Assembly: GCA_965224025.1 (NCBI GenBank) | Contig: OZ245033.1 | Span: 418,763-482,762 of the forward strand | Reading direction: 5' to 3' | Length of the DNA: 64,000 nt | From: Candidatus Multivorans sp. | GTDB taxonomy: Bacteria > Acidobacteriota > Thermoanaerobaculia > Multivoradales > Multivoraceae | Shown: positions 58,932 to 64,000 of the stretch, piece by piece | Numbering within the stretch: position 1 is the first letter of the stretch | Layout of the letters: every line of letters begins with the position of its first letter | Notes under the pieces: model-generated | Told to the model about the DNA's origin: nothing | Databases searched by the model: none | What the model saw: only the letters and a program-made list of their open reading frames with translations | Made by a program: the position numbers and the translations under genes

Positions 58932-59597
58932 ATGAGGACGGGGGAGAAAGACGCTCCGGTGGGTTGCCCGAAGGGCCCGGACCGCGCCCCACTCGCGGCT
59001 GCCGGCCTTTGCGCCTTGCTCCTGGCGCTCCCGGCGGGGGTTCAGCCGCAGGATCCGGCCGGGCCGACGGTCGAACGGGTTGAACTGAACGGCACCCCCT
59101 ACGACGTGCCGCCGCCTTGGCGCGGGAACCGCATCGAAGCGGCCGCCGACACCTCCACCCTGGTCGCGGTGCCAGCCGAACTGAGCGGAGAACTCGGCAT
59201 CTACGTCACTCCCGAGACGCGGGACGCTCTGGTGGCGATGGCCTCCGCGGCGCGGGAGGAGGGACTTCAGTTGCAGGTGGACTCGGGGTTCCGCAGCTAC
59301 GGTTTCCAGAAGCGGGTCCTGGAAGACCTCCTCGCGGACGGCAGACCGTTCCTGAACGCGGTGCGCTGGACCGCGCCGCCGGGCTATTCGGAGCACATGA
59401 CGGGTCGCGCCGTCGACTTCGTTCCCAGCGACGCGGACTTCAAGGACGTGGCGGCCTACCGATGGCTCCAGGACCGCGCGGCGGACTTCTGCTTCACCGA
59501 GAGCTACCCGCTCGGCAACGCCGGCGGCTTCGACTGGGAACCGTGGCACTGGCGCTACGACGACTGCGGCGAGTACCTTCGCCCGCCGGGCGAGTGA
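58932..59597 (+). CDS. M15B (VanY-like) D-alanyl-D-alanine carboxypeptidase family protein
   Basis: VDSGFRSYGFQ, PPGYSEHMTGRAVDF and WEPWHWRY (Zn ligands H-x6-D ... H). Confidence 0.8.
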   Translation: MRTGEKDAPVGCPKGPDRAPLAAAGLCALLLALPAGVQPQDPAGPTVERVELNGTPYDVPPPWRGNRIEAAADTSTLVAVPAELSGELGIYVTPETRDALVAMASAAREEGLQLQVDSGFRSYGFQKRVLEDLLADGRPFLNAVRWTAPPGYSEHMTGRAVDFVPSDADFKDVAAYRWLQDRAADFCFTESYPLGNAGGFDWEPWHWRYDDCGEYLRPPGE

Positions 59598-59774
59598 CCT
59601 GCGGACTACTGCCCTTGAGCAGGAGGACCGGAGCTTCCGCGGCGCTCCGGAGGGCCTCCGAGGGATTGTTCGTGAACTCGCCAACGGTGATCGATCGCAG
59701 GGAGCCTCCGCACAGGAAGTATCCTAGGATCTTGCGTGGGTCAAGCCCGCTCGGTGCCCGCACCGCGGTAGGGT

Positions 59775-59872
59775 GAGGCTGCGTAGCCTCGTCGCTTCGC
59801 GTCTGCGTTGCCTCGCGGGTCAGAAGACCCGCGTTACAGCTCGGCCAGAAGGCCGGCGCACCGACACTCGGC
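59775..59872. repeat. REP-A family copy (partial)
   Basis: GAGGCTGCGTAGCCTC ... GCGGGTCAGAAGACCCGC ... GGCCAGAAGGCCGGCGCACC. Confidence 0.65.
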
Positions 59873-59900
59873 GGCGATGGGCTGCCGAGGAAACTTCAAG

Positions 59901-61388
<1,488 letters not shown>

Positions 61389-61421
61389 GCACGCGGCAGT
61401 TCCTCCCCGGAGGCGGCCGGA

Positions 61422-61733
61422 TCATGCTGGCCGGGCCTCGTAGCGTTGGACGTCGATCTCCCCTGCGCGAGCGCGTACGCGCGAAGCGTCGTACCAAGCC
61501 TGCATCCTCAGCAACGTATCCATGCTCACGCCGAAGGCCTTCTCGATACGCAGGGCCATTTCCGCCGAAAGAGCCGAGTTTCCGTTCAACAGATCCGAGA
61601 GCGTAGCCCTGCGCACGCCGAGAATCTCGGCAGCCTTCGTGACGTTCAGGCCCAGCTCCTCGATGATCTCTGTGCGAATGAAATCGCCAGGGTGGGAAGG
61701 CGTCATCTTCACGTTGACTCCGGTGCTCGCCAT
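61422..61733 (-). CDS. higA: HigA-family antitoxin (XRE HTH)
   Basis: ATG 61733 gives MASTGVNVKMTPSHPGDFIRTEIIEELGLNVTKAAEILGVRRATLSDLLNGNSALSAEMALRIEKAFG. Confidence 0.85.
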   Translation of the reverse strand: MASTGVNVKMTPSHPGDFIRTEIIEELGLNVTKAAEILGVRRATLSDLLNGNSALSAEMALRIEKAFGVSMDTLLRMQAWYDASRVRARAGEIDVQRYEARPA

Positions 61734-61850
61734 CAGTGGCAGTCCTCCAGATTCAAGCGGTCTACGTAGTCGTCCGTTTCTTCGAACGTGATGCGCCAGT
61801 TGCCGGAGACCGAGACGCTCCATGGGGTTCCTTGCCCTCTTCGGGATGAA
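61733..61850 (-). pseudogene. higB: C-terminal remnant of a HigB (RelE-fold) toxin
   Basis: RRGQGTPWSVSVSGNWRITFEETDDYVDRLNLEDCH*. The stop overlaps the higA ATG (TGATG). The N-terminal ~60 codons are missing. Confidence 0.6.
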
Positions 61851-62187
61851 CCTCGCGGACGGTCACGGACGGGGATTCACCTGCCTCGTACGTGAACGCG
61901 TACTTCAGGGCCTTGCGGTTCTCCTCGGGCACCGGGTCCACGTGTGTGGCAAGTTCAGGCCCGTCGAAGACGTTGATCTTGCAGAACTCCTCGCCCTGGC
62001 ACACGCGCTTCCCCATCTGAACCCAGTCCTCCATCTTCGTGTCGGGCCGAATCCAGGCGCCCCAGGCGAGGCCCGTCAAGCCGACCGGATTGAGCGGCGG
62101 CGGGGAACCGCCCTGTTGCTGTCCGAAGGCCGCAACGGACAGGAAGAAGATCGTGCTGATGGCCAGAACGTGAGTGCGTCGGTTCAC
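61762..62187 (-). CDS. Hypothetical small secreted protein whose 3' end now reads across the higB remnant
   Basis: Signal MNRRTHVLAISTIFFLSVAAFGQ. The last ~25 codons overlap the higB fragment in another frame. Confidence 0.5.
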   Translation of the reverse strand: MNRRTHVLAISTIFFLSVAAFGQQQGGSPPPLNPVGLTGLAWGAWIRPDTKMEDWVQMGKRVCQGEEFCKINVFDGPELATHVDPVPEENRKALKYAFTYEAGESPSVTVREVHPEEGKEPHGASRSPATGASRSKKRTTT

Positions 62188-62407
62188 GGAGAGTCACCTC
62201 ATCGGGCCGAAGTCTGTCGGTAGAAGAGTTCCTGCCTCGCAACTCTACCCGGGCCGTGCTAGGGGGTCTCCCGCCGTGGCCGGCGACCGCTTCTGAGCAT
62301 CGGTCGCGTCGTCCTTTCGCAGTTTGCTGGCTGGATGGCCGCGCAGGAGCCTCGCCGAGCGGTACAGTGCGGCGCACCGGTAGGACGAGGCACGGAGGAG
62401 CACGGCC

Positions 62408-63475
62408 ATGGAGTTCTGGACTAAAACCGTCGCCGCACCGACCCGCGGCGCCGAGTTCGCCCTCGAGGCCGAGGACCGGGGCTGGGACGGCATCGACGTC
62501 GTCGACTCGCAGAACCTCTCCGGCGACCCCTACGTTTCTCTCGCCCTGGCGGCGACGACGACCAGGAAGCTGGGGGTCGCGACTTCGGTGACGAACCCGG
62601 TCACGCGGCACCCGGCGGTTACGGCATCCTCGGCCCTCTCCGTGCAACTGGTGTCACGGGGCCGGATGGTGCTCGGCATCGGCCGCGGCGACAGCGCGCT
62701 GGCGCACCTCGGCCGAGCGCCCGCGCGCCTGGGATGGTTCGAGAACCACCTCGTCAACCTGCAGGCGTACCTGCGCGGCGAGGAAGTGGCGTTCGAGGAC
62801 ACGAGCATTGCGGACGAAGCCGCGCCGCTTGCCGAGAAGCTCGGATTGGCGCACGGTCCCTCGGCCAGCTCGATCCGCTGGATCGGCGACTGGCCCAAGG
62901 TGCCAGTCGAGGTCGCGGCAACCGGTCCGAAGGTGATCGGGATCGCCGCCCGCCAGGCCGACCGGGTCATGCTCGCAGTCGGCGCCGATCCGAAACGCGT
63001 TGCGTGGGGCATCGAGACGGCGCGCAACGCCGCCGCGGAGGCTGGCCGCGATCCGGACTCGCTCCGGTTCGGCGCCTATGTGAACCTCGTCTGCTGCGAC
63101 GACCCGGCAGTCGGCCGCGAACTCGGTCGGGCGACCACCGGCCTGTTCGCCCGCTTCTCGGTCATGTACGGCGAGATCGCCGGGCCCGCCGACGAGCGTG
63201 AGGCGGACGTGTTCCACAAGCTCCACGACAGCTACGACATGAACGCCCACGGTCGGGCAGGCGGACAGCAGACGGCCGCGCTGACCGACGAGTTCATCGA
63301 CGGTTACGCGATCATCGGCCAGCCCGATCACTGCGCGGCGCGGATCGAGGCGCTGCTCGAGCTCGGAGTCGACAAATTCGCGGTCACCGGACCCAACTTC
63401 GCGTCGCCGAGCCCGCCGGCCCGGGAGGCCGCGGAGCGGTTCACGGAGGACGTCCTGCCCCGGTTGCGGGGGTAG
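62408..63475 (+). CDS. LLM-class (luciferase-like) flavin/F420-dependent oxidoreductase
   Basis: AEDRGWDGIDVVDSQNL, TSVTNPVTRHPAVTASSALSVQLVSRGRMVLGIGRGDS, and a C-terminal GVDKFAV. Confidence 0.8.
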   Translation: MEFWTKTVAAPTRGAEFALEAEDRGWDGIDVVDSQNLSGDPYVSLALAATTTRKLGVATSVTNPVTRHPAVTASSALSVQLVSRGRMVLGIGRGDSALAHLGRAPARLGWFENHLVNLQAYLRGEEVAFEDTSIADEAAPLAEKLGLAHGPSASSIRWIGDWPKVPVEVAATGPKVIGIAARQADRVMLAVGADPKRVAWGIETARNAAAEAGRDPDSLRFGAYVNLVCCDDPAVGRELGRATTGLFARFSVMYGEIAGPADEREADVFHKLHDSYDMNAHGRAGGQQTAALTDEFIDGYAIIGQPDHCAARIEALLELGVDKFAVTGPNFASPSPPAREAAERFTEDVLPRLRG

Positions 63476-63506
63476 GCGCCGCCGCCGGCCAAACCGTCGG
63501 TTCGCG

Positions 63507-63537
63507 CCGGATGCGGGCAGGATGCCCGCGTTCCCAG
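63507..63537. repeat. REP-B sub-module
   Basis: CCGGATGCGGGCAGGATGCCCGCGTTCCCAG is the reverse complement of 41144..41173. Confidence 0.75.
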
Positions 63538-63559
63538 GAACGGAGCACCGGCCGGCGGT

Positions 63560-64000
63560 TCACGCGTTCCGCTTGATGTCCCGGAACGGGCCCTTGTCGG
63601 CGCGGAATCCCTTCGGCATCCCGAGGACGCGCTCGGAGATGATGTTGCGCTGAATCTCGTCCGTGCCGCCGGCGATCGAGATCGCGGGCACGGAGACCAG
63701 GATCTCGGCGACGATGCCGTCCGCCGCCGATTCGGGGCCGCTCAGCATGGCGTCAGCGCCCGAGATCATCGTGTGGACCAGCGACGCCTGGCGGGCGATG
63801 ACGCTGGCCGCGAGCTTGCCGATCGACCCGGCGGGGATGATGTCGGTCGTCCCGGCCTTGCGCTTCGCCTCGGCGCTGTCGGACGCGAGTCGCGCCCCGG
63901 TGGACAGGCAGATCAGCTTCGCGATCTCCTGCCGCACCGCCGGATCCTGGATCGCGCCGGTCTCTCGCGCGCGCGGCAGCACGAGATCGACCCGGCCCTC
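63560..64000 (-). CDS. Acyl-CoA dehydrogenase, C-terminal part (5' end beyond the window)
   Basis: IAGGTDEIQRNIISERVLGMP is the conserved ACAD C-terminal motif. The frame is open to the window end. Confidence 0.8.
   Translation of the reverse strand, partial: EGRVDLVLPRARETGAIQDPAVRQEIAKLICLSTGARLASDSAEAKRKAGTTDIIPAGSIGKLAASVIARQASLVHTMISGADAMLSGPESAADGIVAEILVSVPAISIAGGTDEIQRNIISERVLGMPKGFRADKGPFRDIKRNA

Overview
High-GC (by eye, not computed) Gram-negative chromosomal segment; no rRNA, tRNA or CRISPR was found. Four blocks look intact. (1) 1-11.3 kb, minus strand: a PUL-like set of exported enzymes and transporters (LamG/Asp-box protein, PhoD phosphatase, Tat-signal enolase-superfamily enzyme, arylsulfatase, SSS symporter, TonB-dependent receptor). 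(2) 12.2-21.1 kb: a second TonB-dependent receptor divergent from an xdhA-xdhB-xdhC-guaD purine catabolism operon, in which guaD carries a 1-nt frameshift. (3) 36.4-42.9 kb: a cusCBA/czc-type metal efflux operon with a His-rich leader gene. (4) 43-64 kb: mixed hydrolases, an ABC-2 exporter, mmsA, an LLM oxidoreductase and an acyl-CoA dehydrogenase. Between blocks 2 and 3 (21.1-36.4 kb) lies a decayed accessory region. It holds at least a dozen truncated, fused or frameshifted gene remnants interleaved with toxin-antitoxin modules (hicBA with hicA frameshifted, DUF433/DUF5615, PIN/RHH, Phd with a truncated toxin). It also holds a more AT-rich patch of unknown lipoproteins and a Cre-like tyrosine recombinase islet bracketed by ~95-bp direct repeats. 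The clearest mobile element is a 2,857-bp IS1595-family insertion (54740-57596) with 24-bp inverted repeats and a perfect 8-bp target duplication. It carries a DNA methyltransferase fused to a nuclease-like C-terminal domain. Two families of GC-rich palindromic REP/MITE-like repeats fill many intergenic gaps. Some copies are read through in frame inside coding sequences. All calls come from reading and hand-translating the sequence; no database search was possible.
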